Numbered from the stretch's first letter, positions 28,244-39,600 are shown. The stretch: DNA of 64,000 nt from Octopus sinensis (GCF_006345805.1 NC_042998.1:67518001-67582000); one strand, 5' to 3'. A program made the numbers and translations. The notes: generated from the sequence alone by a model not told the origin.

Positions 28244-28363
28244 TCTATATAATAAATATAATATATATATATATATATATAATATACATATATATATATG
28301 CGTGTGTGTGTATGTATGTATATGCGTGCTTGTATATATGTGTGCGTATATATATATTATATA

Positions 28364-28405
<42 letters not shown>

Positions 28406-29089
28406 GTGTGTGTGTGCGAAGACAGAATCAACTTACTTCAAAATATCCTCAGACTTCATAAATAAGTTTGTAGTAAGAAAAACAAGAAAACAAATGTTGC
28501 ATCAATTTGATGTAAATAATTTCTCTAATCCTTTTAGAGAGTCCTTCCTTCCTTCAACTTTATTAATCCGTAAACATATATTTACATATAATCCTCCTTT
28601 ACTTAAATAATCAAAGTGTAATTTCTTTGTATGAAAAATATCGATGGGAGAAACACTATCAGATGTTGTTTATGTTGCCGTATGAATAATACCCACAAAC
28701 ACTCCATTATTGATTTATCGATTCGTGTAATTCTTCATATCATCATGTTGATATCGTCGTTAGTTTTTCACAGTTTAGTGATAAGTCGTCATGATTTGTG
28801 CAATCGGAAAGCAAAAGGCAGCGATTTGGTTTCGATACTTAAATAATGTAAAATCCTTAATTTCGCCTCTTTATCATTGTGTGCCTCCCACGGAGCGCAC
28901 ATTTCTGAAAATATGTGGAACATCTTCACCAATTTCAGAGCTCCTAATAAGTGTCAATGCTCCCGCCTCGTTTAAGAAAAAAATTAAATATGTGATCGGA
29001 ATATCTATCAACTAAACTATGATTGCTGTAAAACATAATTAGTTTAATCAGTAAATTATTATACTTGCGTGAAGGCGCGTGGCTTAGAT

Positions 29090-29360
29090 CATGAATTTAA
29101 CTTGCAAGTGGCTGAGTACTCCGCAGACATACGTACTCTTAACGTAGTTCTCAGGGAGATTCAGCATAACACTGAATGAAACAACTTTGGCCCTTTTGAA
29201 CTACATATACAACTCATTTTTGCCAGCTAAGTGGATTAAGGGGAACATGAAATAAAGTGTCTTTCTCAAGGATACAATACACAACCTTACGATCACGAAT
29301 CGAACACACAACCTTATGATCGTGAGCTGAATACACCAACCACTAAACCATGATACTTCA
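29090..29360 (-). mobile_element. tRNA-derived SINE, family E
   Basis: The reverse strand reads catggtttagtggttggtgtattcagctcacgatc...gtgttcgattc...ccttgagaaagacactttatttc...ccacttagctggcaaaaatgag...ctccctgagaactacgttaagag...ctcagccacttgcaag, with A/B-box-like motifs. Confidence 0.65.
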
Positions 29361-29984
29361 TTACATACATGCACTAAAACATAGTTATATAAATGCATGC
29401 GCAAACAAGAATCTACAGTGTGTTCCTACAATGCGAGACGGAGCAATTATTAAAAGTACGTATGTTTTAGCTTTGATATTTCTGTTGGTTTAAAAACACA
29501 CCGTCATTAAGAAGAATCCTTTCACAACTGTTATATTTACCACATTATTTCTCGGGGAGTTAATATTTCTTTTGTAACTCTGTCCTCTAGTCACAAACCC
29601 GGGTCCATAGTGGCTGTTGCGAATTACTGGTGATATTTTAGTGATGGAACGATTATTTCTTTGCTCTCTCTCTCTTTATCTCTCCCTCTCTTTCTCTCAC
29701 CCACTCTCTCTTTTATTTTGTGTCTCATATTTTTTCTCTTTCGGCCAGACCTTCGGATGAATACAGTTGCGTATTTGCTTGACCTTTTGACACGGGTCAG
29801 TGTTAGTGCCTTTCAGGGGATTTTTTTTTGTAACTTGTTAGAAATATAACAAACATACATTATCATCTCTTCTGCTTCTGCATTTTCTCTTTGTCTTGTA
29901 ATGACTTTTCGTTACCAATGCGGGCAGACCCCGTGACTGTGTATGTGGTGTGTATGTATTTGTGCGTGTTTGTCTCTGTGTGTG

Positions 29985-30031
<47 letters not shown>

Positions 30032-30714
30032 ACACACATACACAAATATGTATATATATATATATATTATATATATATATATAGCAAGAGAGAGAGAAAG
30101 AATCATTATTATTATTTCTGAAAGATATTCTTATCTTGTGATACAAATCTATAGAAATTAAATTCCTACTTAATTGATTTAATATTTACGGTACAATATT
30201 TAAATCAACTTAGCTCTAATCTAATTTCTATAGAGCCGTTCCTAAAGAAAATATTTCCGAAATGTTGTATATATACATGGTGAATGATGTTTCCATACAT
30301 TCGTAGCGAACTCTTATAACAAACGTAAGAGAAAGAAAAAAAATCAAGGAAACAATGTGGAATAATATGAATAAGACAAGTAAGCGACTCAAATGAAGAG
30401 ATCAGATGACAAATGTGCAGTAGAGCCATATGTCAGTTAGTTCAACACAGAACTGAAAAAATTTAAATAAGAAATGGAAGTAAATAAATAGAAAATGTTA
30501 AAAAAAATTGACACCCATAATAATTCGTCACCAACAAACTTTCAAGAGACGCCATAAAAGCGATTTAGAGATCACGTCTCAGACAGGCAAAAAAAAAAAA
30601 ACAACAAAAAAACTTCACACGTCTATAAACAGAACAAAGGTAAGTCTAACAAATGGTTAAAATGACACTTCCAATATGTAACCACTTCAATTGCAGCTCA
30701 TAGTTTCAGAAAAA

Positions 30715-31170
30715 AAAAAGGAATAGCGCTGAAAAATTTGCTTTCTCGAATTTGTATAACATCTTGAGAGACCGTATTCTGAGCATCAAGACTACGATCC
30801 ATATGCGGAACTGCTCTGTATACCCTGTATTAATATACGGAAGAAAGAAATGGTCTATTACATCAGACATGAGATGCTTGGAGAGCTTTGAAATGTGGTT
30901 CATAAGGAGAATATTGAGTATAGGCTGGATAAAGTGCTTAATGAAGTGATGACTCGGGCTGCGCTAAGTAGGAAGCTGCTCTGTCAAATAAGGGCCAAGT
31001 AACTGAGATTTCCTGGTCGTGTGATGAGGAAAGAAGGCCTGGGAATTTAGAGATGATTGGAAAGATTGAAGGGAAGAGAAGCAGTGGAAAGAAAACAATG
31101 GTATGGATGTTAGTATTGATGACCTGGTTGTAAAAAAAAGAGGCACTAAACATCAGGAAGTGGAACTGTC
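30715..31170 (+). mobile_element. RTE-clade LINE, C-terminal RT relic
   Basis: Translation across frameshifts gives FAFSNLYNILRDRILSIKTTIHMRNCSVYPVLIYGRKKWSITSDMRCLESFEMWFIRRILSIGW...MIGKIEGKRSSGKKTMVWM. This matches RTE motifs (LxYGxExW, LEAFEMWxxRRILxIxW, GKIEGKRxRGR). Confidence 0.82.
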
Positions 31171-32355
31171 ACAGAAAACAAATCTCAAACTTATCGGCGA
31201 ATGAAAACATCTTTAATCAACACGCCCCAATATACAACAATGCTTTGAAATTGAGATATGAATATTAGTAATAGATACAGGAGTGCCCTTACAATAAGTA
31301 CATTAAGCCAAGCAACATATTGTAATCCCACTATTAATACTAAGCCTAAGATTCGTCAAGTTACTTGGTTTGCTCCTCCCTGAAAGGTTTGCCAAAGCTA
31401 CTTTTTATGTTATTGAAGGAAAATTTCCCAAACACCATAAGTACTATTCAATATGTAACAAGTCAACAATCAAGCTGGCCTACTCAGTCACTCCCAATGT
31501 CGGATCTATTATTGCTTCGTCGAACAGAAGTAAAATAAGACGCTATAATGATAGAAATGATGACAGAAGCTTTAATGGAAAATTCATTAACGACATAGAA
31601 GATGGTATTAATATTAATTGTACGTCTTCTGAAATCGATTGTGAGGGGCGTGTCGGTGTGACAAATTATGCAAATAGTAGAGATAATCATAATAATGATG
31701 TCGGTGATAATATTAGTGATTATAATGATTATCAGGGTGGTAATGATGGTGTTAGTAGTAGTGGTAATGGTAATAAGAATATTAGTAAGAATAAGAATAA
31801 AAATAATAATAATAATAATAGAATAATTATACCGGAAAATAGTACGAACGATGGTGTAAATGATATGGTGGATCGTAGTACTGGAAGGGGGCATGGTTTC
31901 GCAGTGATCAATAATACGGGACCCCGTAGCAGGTTGAAGAAATGTAATTGTAGGGACCCATCAGAATGTCCGATTAGCGGAAATTGTCGCCTGGAAAATG
32001 TAGTTTATAAATGTAGTGTTGAGGCTCAAGGAGGCCAGAGAAAATATATATTGGAAGCACAGTAGACTTTAAGCAGAGCTATCGATCCCGCCTGAGCTCT
32101 TTCAACAATCCTAAATATAGGACCTCTACAACATTGGCATTACATGTTAATGAACTTAAGGAAAGGAATGTTGAATTTAAAATATCATGGGCTATCCGTG
32201 CGCATGCCTCCCCTTATAGAAGTGGGTCCACTAGATGCGGTTTATGAATAAGGAAGGCATATACTATATTGAAAAATTACAACAATGCAGTGTTCAATAA
32301 GTTCACTGATGCAATACCGGCGTGTACGCATAAGATCCATTCGACGTTCCATAGG

Positions 32356-32606
32356 AAATTTAGAAATAGAAATAGCAATAAAAGTTAGAGCTAACCAATA
32401 ACAATTAATTAAGTTTAGTAAGTATAGTGAGTGGTAAACGAGATATAACTAAAGTAATGTAATTATTAAAAAAATAGCTAGAAAATTTAGAAATAGAAAT
32501 AGCAATAAAAGTTAGAGCCAACCAATAACAATTAATTAAGTTTAGTAAGTATAGTGAGTGGTAAACGAGATAAAACTAAAGTAATGTAATTATTTAAAAA
32601 ATAGCT
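32356..32606 (+). repeat. ~125-bp near-perfect tandem duplication at the end of the PLE ORF
   Basis: aaatttagaaatagaaatagcaataaaagttagagc.aaccaataacaattaattaagtttagtaagtatagtgagtggtaaacgagata.aactaaagtaatgtaattatt.aaaaaatagct occurs at 32356-32479 and 32483-32606 with few differences. Confidence 0.95.
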
Positions 32607-32876
32607 GTTAGTCGAGGACTCGAACCTGAATATGTGGCTTTGCATGTATGGGAGAATTTATAAAATTGAAATAAAATAAAATAAAATAAAATAAGTGCTG
32701 AAGTGAAATGGTCCAGATGGCGCTGTGTGCATATAATTTACTATGGCGGCTGGATCGAATTGTATACGTATAAAGTTCCATTCAGGATCGACGAAAAAAT
32801 TTCTGAGAGTACATAAATGCCATGTTCTGAGAATGGCCGGTATGTGGTTGTGTATTTGTTTTATATGTGTTGTATA

Positions 32877-32976
32877 GGACAACCTGATGAGGGGAGTGCC
32901 AATTTTAAGTACTATTTTAAGTACTGATATGTCTAATATTAATTGGCACATCCCCGAAACGACCCGTAGATGAACC
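32877..32976 (+). ncRNA. Hammerhead ribozyme-like motif with extended stem II
   Basis: CTGATGA (32884-32890). Stem II GGGGA-GTGCCAATT (32891-32904) pairs with AATTGGCAC-a-TCCCC (32941-32955), with a 36-nt loop. GAAAC (32956-32960); minimal stem III ACG-acc-CGT; cleavage triplet GTA (32966-32968). Stem I is weak (ggacaac vs gatgaacc). Confidence 0.7.
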
Positions 32977-33350
32977 TCTGTATATCTTATATTTTGTAAG
33001 CTTGTATATGTATTATATTCTATGTACTATTCGCCGGAATTTTATTCGTCTTTTGATATGCCATATTTTTATTTTATTATCATTATATTTATTTCTCTTA
33101 TTCTAACAGTTTTAAGCGTGTTATATACAAAAATTATATTTATACTTTTATTTGGATACTTATATATTACTGAATTAAAAAAAAATTTTAAATGTCGGAC
33201 TGTTTAGATATAAATTAATATATAAGATTTGTATGTGTCTGGTCTATCTTTGAATTTTGTGATGTTCCTGTGGTTGTTGCTCGCATTGCCTCCCCTTGGA
33301 TAAAAAAGTGTATACAGCTCATTGGAGCACTTCTATTTCCAGTCCGTTGT

Positions 33351-34376
33351 ATGTTAGTTAGTTAGTTAGTTAGTTAATTTGGCTCAAAAGCAAATAGCAA
33401 GGCCATGTAGGGGGACATGGAGTTAGGTACAGGGTGGTGTTCATGTAAAGAGTTCAGGCCACTTGAGGTCCAGGGAGGCTTTGAACAAAGCGGTCGTCGG
33501 CATCTTCACCATCTCGTCTGGCAGCTTGTTCCACGGATCCGCAACCCGGACGGAGAAAGCTCCTCTCCTTCGATTTAGATGAAATCGTCGCAGGTAGAGC
33601 TTTTCGGAATGACCCCGCAGCCGACGCTTTGGAGCAGGAGTGAAGAACAGCTCCTTCGAGAGGTTACACTTCCCGCTTATGATGTTGTGGGCGAGAATGA
33701 GATCACCACGGCGGCGGCGTTTTTCAAGAGAATAAAGGTCGAGCGTCCTCAGCCTTTCTTCGTAGGACAAATTTTTGAGACCATGAACCATGCGGGTAGC
33801 CAGCCTCTGGACTCTTTCGAGATGCCGTATGTCTTTGAGGAGATAAGGAGAAGAGGCTTGAATCCCATACTCCAATATGGGTCTCACCAGCGTGACGTAG
33901 AGTGGTAGGAATATGGCTGCTGTGAACATTCCGAATGACCGTCGAATCAAAAACAGAATTCCGCGTGCTTTGTTGGCAGCATGGACGCACTGGGCCGAAG
34001 GCGAAAAGGAGGAATCCACCAAGATACCCAGGTCCTTTACCTGATCGGTCCTCTCCAGCAGCAGACGACCCGGCTCGAAATCAAGTTGAGGTGCAGGAGT
34101 AGAGCCGACAGGCAGATGACAGCACTTTGACACGTTCAGACACAGGTCCCAATCGTTAGACCACTTCCAAATTTGGTGGAGGCATCGACGAAGATCCTCT
34201 ATACTACCGCGAGGAGCGACCAGTTTGATATCGTCGGCAAATAGAAGGGTGTGTTGCGTGAGGTCGTCGGGCAAGTCATTTATGAAGACTAAGAACAACA
34301 AGGGCCCAAGCACTGAACCTTGAGGCACGCCACTGCTCGCACTGGAGACGTCGGACCGCGAGCCATATATCTTGAG
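33351..34376 (-). mobile_element. CR1-clade LINE, 5'-truncated, uninterrupted RT C-terminal frame, 3'UTR and (CTAA)n tail
   Basis: ORF 33441-34388: SGVPQGSVLGPLLFLVFINDLP, LLFADDIKL, DLGILVD, LVRPILEY, LERVQRLATR, LEKRRRRGDLI, RGHSEKL, FSVRVADPWNKLP. (gtta)n tail at 33353-33375. Possible 6-bp TSD CGTTGT (33345-33350 / 34377-34382). Confidence 0.95.
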
Positions 34377-34418
34377 CGTTGTTGTCACTCAGGATATAAC
34401 TTTATAGTTTGTAATATA

Positions 34419-34479
<61 letters not shown>

Positions 34480-34573
34480 TATATACATATAATTTATTAT
34501 GGTATTTATTATGGTAGTATTGTCTTTTAGAGTCCCTGATAGCGTGAGGCATTTATGTCTAGTAGTGCCATTT

Positions 34574-34607
<34 letters not shown>

Positions 34608-34729
34608 ATATACATTATATAATATACATTTATATGTTCATATATATATAAAGAGAGAAAGAGAGAGCGAATATGCATCTATATAAATATTACTTTTATA
34701 TTATATATGATATATTATTTTCGTATGAA

Positions 34730-35022
34730 TGTGCGTGGCCTAGTAGTTAGGCGTGTTGTACATGCAGTCTTAGGATCGTTGTTTCGGTTCACAGACCGGC
34801 TAGGCTTTGAGCTCTCTTGACCAAAACACTTCATTTGATATTGCTCCACCCACTCGGCTGTAAACGACTAACTCTGTGATGGCCTTGCTTTCCAATCAGG
34901 CGAGACGTTGGCCTGGTCACCAAGCCAGCGGGGGTGACATCATACGAAAGCTAAAACGAAGCAAAACGCATTGTATCTAACGACGTATAACAACATTCGA
35001 TAATCTCGTCGATCACGCGATG
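34730..35022 (+). mobile_element. tRNA-derived SINE, family D (degenerate)
   Basis: gtgcgtggcctagtagttagg head, gtttcggttcac B-box-like motif, cttgaccaaaacacttcatttg...ccacccactcggctgtaaa core; its 3' ~110 bp is shared with the family C SINE at 61758-62065. Confidence 0.65.
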
Positions 35023-36686
35023 TTATTTTTTTATATGTTATTATATTTTATATTATATTACACTTTGTCTGCATAGACACGATCTAGTTACAAAAAATGC
35101 ATAAATTTTAGAAATCAACGACGATGAACCCCTTATTCAAGATAAGTTGATGTTTGTAAAGCTGTAAGATGTGATTTTAAAGGGGCACACTGCTACTAAT
35201 TTTAGTTGCCCAATCGACAGTTAGCTTGACCTCTATTGATGCTATAAAATTGCCATAGTTCCCAAAATAATTTACAAATTATTAGTTACTTGCAAATGTC
35301 TAAAATGGAAACCACTTCTGGTTTTCTATTTCCCGTTGATTGTATATTTATTAACTTTCAATATCTCAGCGTTAAATTCTTTATCTCGTTCCGGCTTCTG
35401 CTTTGTCAACAATAAACCAATAATTTGATTTCAATTGCTCAAATATAGAAATGTATTCAAGGAGAAAATAACAAACATAATATTGTTTTTATGTGGCTAT
35501 TTGTCTTACGGTGCAGTCTGAAAACAAAAGAATAAAATTAATATCTTATTTATAATACTTTAATACTAGAATAACAAAATTATCAGCTATATCACCCTTG
35601 CGGGATTGTTATTCAGGATTACATTACTGTCATAGAATTTATATTCTAATCTTACGATTTTAAACTGTAAATTTGCTTTGTACAGCACTCCAGCATTGAA
35701 GTCTGGTAGGCAAATTGTTAGATCTCTGATTAAGAAAATAGTTAGTGTTGGTTATTGTTTTTGTTAGTTTTTTTCCCGGGATGATCCCCGATTGAGAAGA
35801 ACTACTATAAAGCCCGTTCGTTAGGAATTATCTAGGAATATATTATCTAACAGGTCCTCGATTGCAAGGTCCTAGTGTTAATTATTCAGTGTGAACCCTC
35901 TCCTACTTTTATTTCTCAAGCAAGTGTGTTGTAGCGCCTGATTTGGCTCATGAAGAGAACAGTTCTGTACAATTACTATTATACATTACAATCATGAAAC
36001 TGAATCTTGTTGAAAGATGTACTCGGAGGATATGTACGGTTTTAATATAATATTTTATGTAACTTAATATAACCATCACTGGAATGGCTTGCAGATTTAT
36101 CAAATGATAGAATATTAGAGATCAAATGGCAGGGTGACAGCCGTAGTAGTTCATAATCGATCACTATTTGTTACACAGTGCCTAAAACCACGAGTCCTCA
36201 TTGGTTATATGAATACGTGCAATTGAATGACTCCGCATTTAATATGTTTGTTTTGCAACTCCATGGAATTACGTTCGAGTTTAGTCAACTACGTACAACC
36301 AAGGGAAAGTGTCTTTTCTCATAATTTTGGGTCAACCGTAGAACTGTGACTGAAGTTTGGTTAGCAGAAACTATGTGGAATCCTGATCCTGACGACAGAG
36401 TAAATATTTATTTTATCATAAATGCAAAACAACCCCACGGAGGAATCGACGTAAGCTTAAATAATAAACCGCGATAAGTGAACCGCTATATGGCAAGCGA
36501 ATAATGTAATTCCCACTTAAATTAAACGGCTGTATGTGGTTTCAGAGAAAATGAAATGTTATAAATAGAACCTTGAACGAATAGCCAGGGGCTATCTTAT
36601 AGATTCATGAAAGGAACTAATTGTTTTTCTATAGCGCTAGACCAGCTCTAATCAAGAAGGCTATGGTACGCAGATACTTATACGAA

Positions 36687-36918
36687 GGCACCGAGCTGGC
36701 AGAAACGTGAGAACGCCGGGCGAAATGCTTAGCCGTATTTCGTCTGCCGTTACGTTGTGAGTTCAAATTCCGCCGAGGTCGACTTTGCCTTTCATCCTTT
36801 TGGGGTCGATATATTAAGTACCAGTTACGGAATGGGGTCGAGGTAATCGAATTAATCCTTTTGTCTGTCCCTGTTTGTCCCCTCTAGGTTTAGCCCCTGC
36901 GGGCAATAAAGAAATAAG
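36687..36918 (+). mobile_element. SINE family A, full length
   Basis: ggcaccgagctggcagaaacgtgagaacgccgggcgaaatgcttagccgtatttcgtctgccgttacgttgtgagttcaaattccgccgaggtcgactttgcctttcatcc...tttagcccctgcgggcaataaagaaataag. Confidence 0.92.
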
Positions 36919-36968
36919 ATACTCATACGAACGATTAGGTATTACACTCCCAACACACAGTCACACAT

Positions 36969-37000
<32 letters not shown>

Positions 37001-37069
37001 ATATATATATGTTCATATATATATATATATATATATACGTACATACATATATATATTCTTTTTTTCTTG

Positions 37070-37690
<621 letters not shown>

Positions 37691-37799
37691 GGTGCCATGT
37701 GTAAATTGTCGCCATTTTATATTTTTAATTTCGGGCGTGCGCAGGATTTGTTCTTGAGTTTGTTGACTACACGGTATAGTAAGGTCAGTTGGACACCCT

Positions 37800-38390
37800 C
37801 TGTGTTTAAATCTGCACCATGATGCAATTCACCCTGCCCCTGCAAAAATTTTTGAAACGACATGCTGTACTGGTTGGCATTCGCACTGGAATCTCCAATA
37901 CGAACAAATGGTGAACACACACAGAACAAGCGTTAGCTTGCTGTGGCGCAAAACGTGTACCGAGAGTGAAATCAAACATCCAGTCAACATCACGGTGTTT
38001 GGAGTGATCACTAGTGATGGCGACGTTATGCCTTCATTCATCTTCCCACACGTTACCAGCCTCAACAGAGAAACCTAAAGCAAGTGCCTGAAGGAGGTAG
38101 AGCTGCCCTGAGTCAAGAAGGTGGCTGCCAGAAGACCCTATTTCTGGCAACAGGACTCTGCACCATGGCAAACAAGCAGGGGGACTCAGTCATGACTATC
38201 AGACAATTTCTGCGATCACATCACCCCTACCATCTGGCCACCTAACTCCTCAGACTGCTACTCATTTGATTATTAAGTGTTGAGCGACAGACCAACAAAA
38301 CTCCTTATAACACCAAAGATGAACGGAGGGCAAGGATTATTGAAGCATTCACCAAGGAGACCGTCCAGAAGAGTTCTTAACCTCTATGCC
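37800..38390 (+). mobile_element. DD37D (maT/mori-type) transposase relic, internally deleted
   Basis: IKHPVNITVFGVITSDGDVMPSFIFP...CLKEVELP*VKKVAARRPYFWQQDSAPWQTSRGTQS*LSDNFCDHITPTIWPPNSSDCYSFDY has 37 residues between the second and third catalytic Asp, plus several stops. Confidence 0.82.
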
Positions 38391-38397
38391 ATATGCC

Positions 38398-38510
38398 GAC
38401 GGGCATAAAGCGTAGTGGTTAAGAGCGTGGATAACTAACCCCAAGATTTCGAGTTCGATTCCAGGCAGTAACCTGATTAATAATAATAACAATAATAATA
38501 ATAATATTGA
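38398..38510 (+). mobile_element. Short tRNA-derived SINE (family F) with (AAT)n tail
   Basis: gggcataaagcgtagtggttaagagcgtgg (A box TAGTGGTTAAG), gagttcgattcc (B box), then taataataacaataataat. Confidence 0.7.
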
Positions 38511-39264
38511 GTACCTAGATTACATCTATCCCACATATGTGTGTTTAATTATGTGTTGGAGTGCGTGTTTGAGAGAGAGAGTGTGTGTATGTGCATGTAT
38601 GTGTGTGTATGTGTGTGTGTATGTATGTATGTATGTGTGTGTGTATTTCACAGGCAGTGAGACTGATCACGACAAAATGAGTTTGCAAAGCGAGTTTCTT
38701 AACCCCACAGCTATGTTTTGGACTAGTGAAAATTTGGCTTTTACTTGCAACATTTTCTAGCTTGAGTATCTGTATAAATTCGTAATATATAGTGTCAAAT
38801 TATCGAAGACATTGACAATTGAGTGAGGATCTCCGTTGATCTGAGTTGAAGTTTGATATTTTCCATTCCTCACTTATTTTATATATGATACGAAAAATGT
38901 AATTTCTTTTCCTTTCTATTTTCTTTTGTATCGTTTCTATTTCACAAACAACGTCAGATGAAATAAGACCTTTAAGGAAGATGCTTATTGTTGTCAATCG
39001 TTGTTGTTTTAAACAAAGTTTTGCTCTCAATTAGCGGATTTCTATCAACGCTATTTCAGACGTCAATACGTCATACTTTACCTTTTTAATCGTAGGTTAT
39101 CTTCGAATTCTGTATCAAATGTGCATTACCTTCTCTGTGTTGAGAGGAAATGGTCTGAAGATTTGACTACTAAGTCTGGCGGCCAATACAACCATGTACA
39201 TCATTGGTCCTCTGGCCCTTTGGGGTCCATATAAGATTTTGTAGTTAATATTTATGTACGATAA

Positions 39265-39600
39265 GGCGACGGGCTGGAAGAAACTTTAGCACGCCTGGCG
39301 AAATGTTTAGCGGTATTTCGTCTGTCTTCACGTCCGGAATTCAAATTCCGCCGAGGTCGACTTTGCCTTTCATCCTTTCGGGATCGATAAAATAAGTACC
39401 AGTTGCATACTGGGCTTAATCTAATCGACTTCCCACCGCCCCCAAAATTTCGGGCTTGTGCCTAGAGTATAAAGGAATACATATTAATTAAATGAGTACA
39501 AGTTGCGCACTGTGGTCGATGTAATTGACGTAATCCCTTTGTCTGTCCATTTTTTGCCCCCTCTATGTTTTGCCCCTTGCGGGCAATAAAGAAATAAATA
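39265..39600 (+). mobile_element. SINE family A plus additional tail fragment
   Basis: ggcgacgggctggaagaaactttagcacgcctggcgaaatg...ggaattcaaattccgccgaggtcgactttgcctttcatcc; a second tail ttttgccccctctatgttttgccccttgcgggcaataaagaaataa lies at about 39550-39600. Confidence 0.85.

Larger units (their letters stand above)
28058..28257. mobile_element. Short PLE pseudo-LTR-like insertion in (TA)n, folded back as a 131-bp palindrome (28127-28257)
   Basis: The left arm 28127-28192 is the reverse complement of the right arm 28193-28257 except for one indel (tttctcttga vs tttctctga); the centre is GGAAGCTTCC. (TA)n lies on both flanks. The minus-strand copy extends about 70 bp further, to 28058. Confidence 0.75.
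31170..33350 (+). mobile_element. 5'-truncated Penelope-like element with C-terminal GIY-YIG endonuclease (probably Hydra-type) and 3' pseudo-LTR region
   Basis: ISNLSANENIFNQHAPIYNNALK (about 31180-31250); RQVTWFAPP; KFPKHHKYYSICNKSTIKLAYSVTPNVGSIIASSN; CNCRDPSECPISGNC. Then NVVYKCSV...KYIGSTVDFKQSY...TTLALHV...ISWAI...PYRSGSTRCGL*...FNK...CTH across a 2-nt TA insertion near 32045, ending about 32370. A hammerhead motif lies downstream. Confidence 0.85.

Noticed and set aside
32356-32606. CRISPR-like or other prokaryotic repeat-spacer structure, here or anywhere in the window
   Set aside because: This is a simple two-unit tandem duplication without spacers; the window is eukaryotic and shows no operon-like or CRISPR organisation.
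32605-32650. Perfect B box (GGTTCGAGTCC) on the minus strand followed by a T-run
   Set aside because: No A box or tRNA-like 5' half upstream on that strand; an isolated motif.
33579-33990. Extra ORFs 33579-33908 (+) and 33724-33990 (-)
   Set aside because: Antisense and alternate-frame shadows of the GC-rich CR1 RT frame.
38398-38475. Possible tRNA gene
   Set aside because: A and B boxes are present, but no convincing acceptor or anticodon stems form and an (AAT)n tail follows; better explained as a short SINE.
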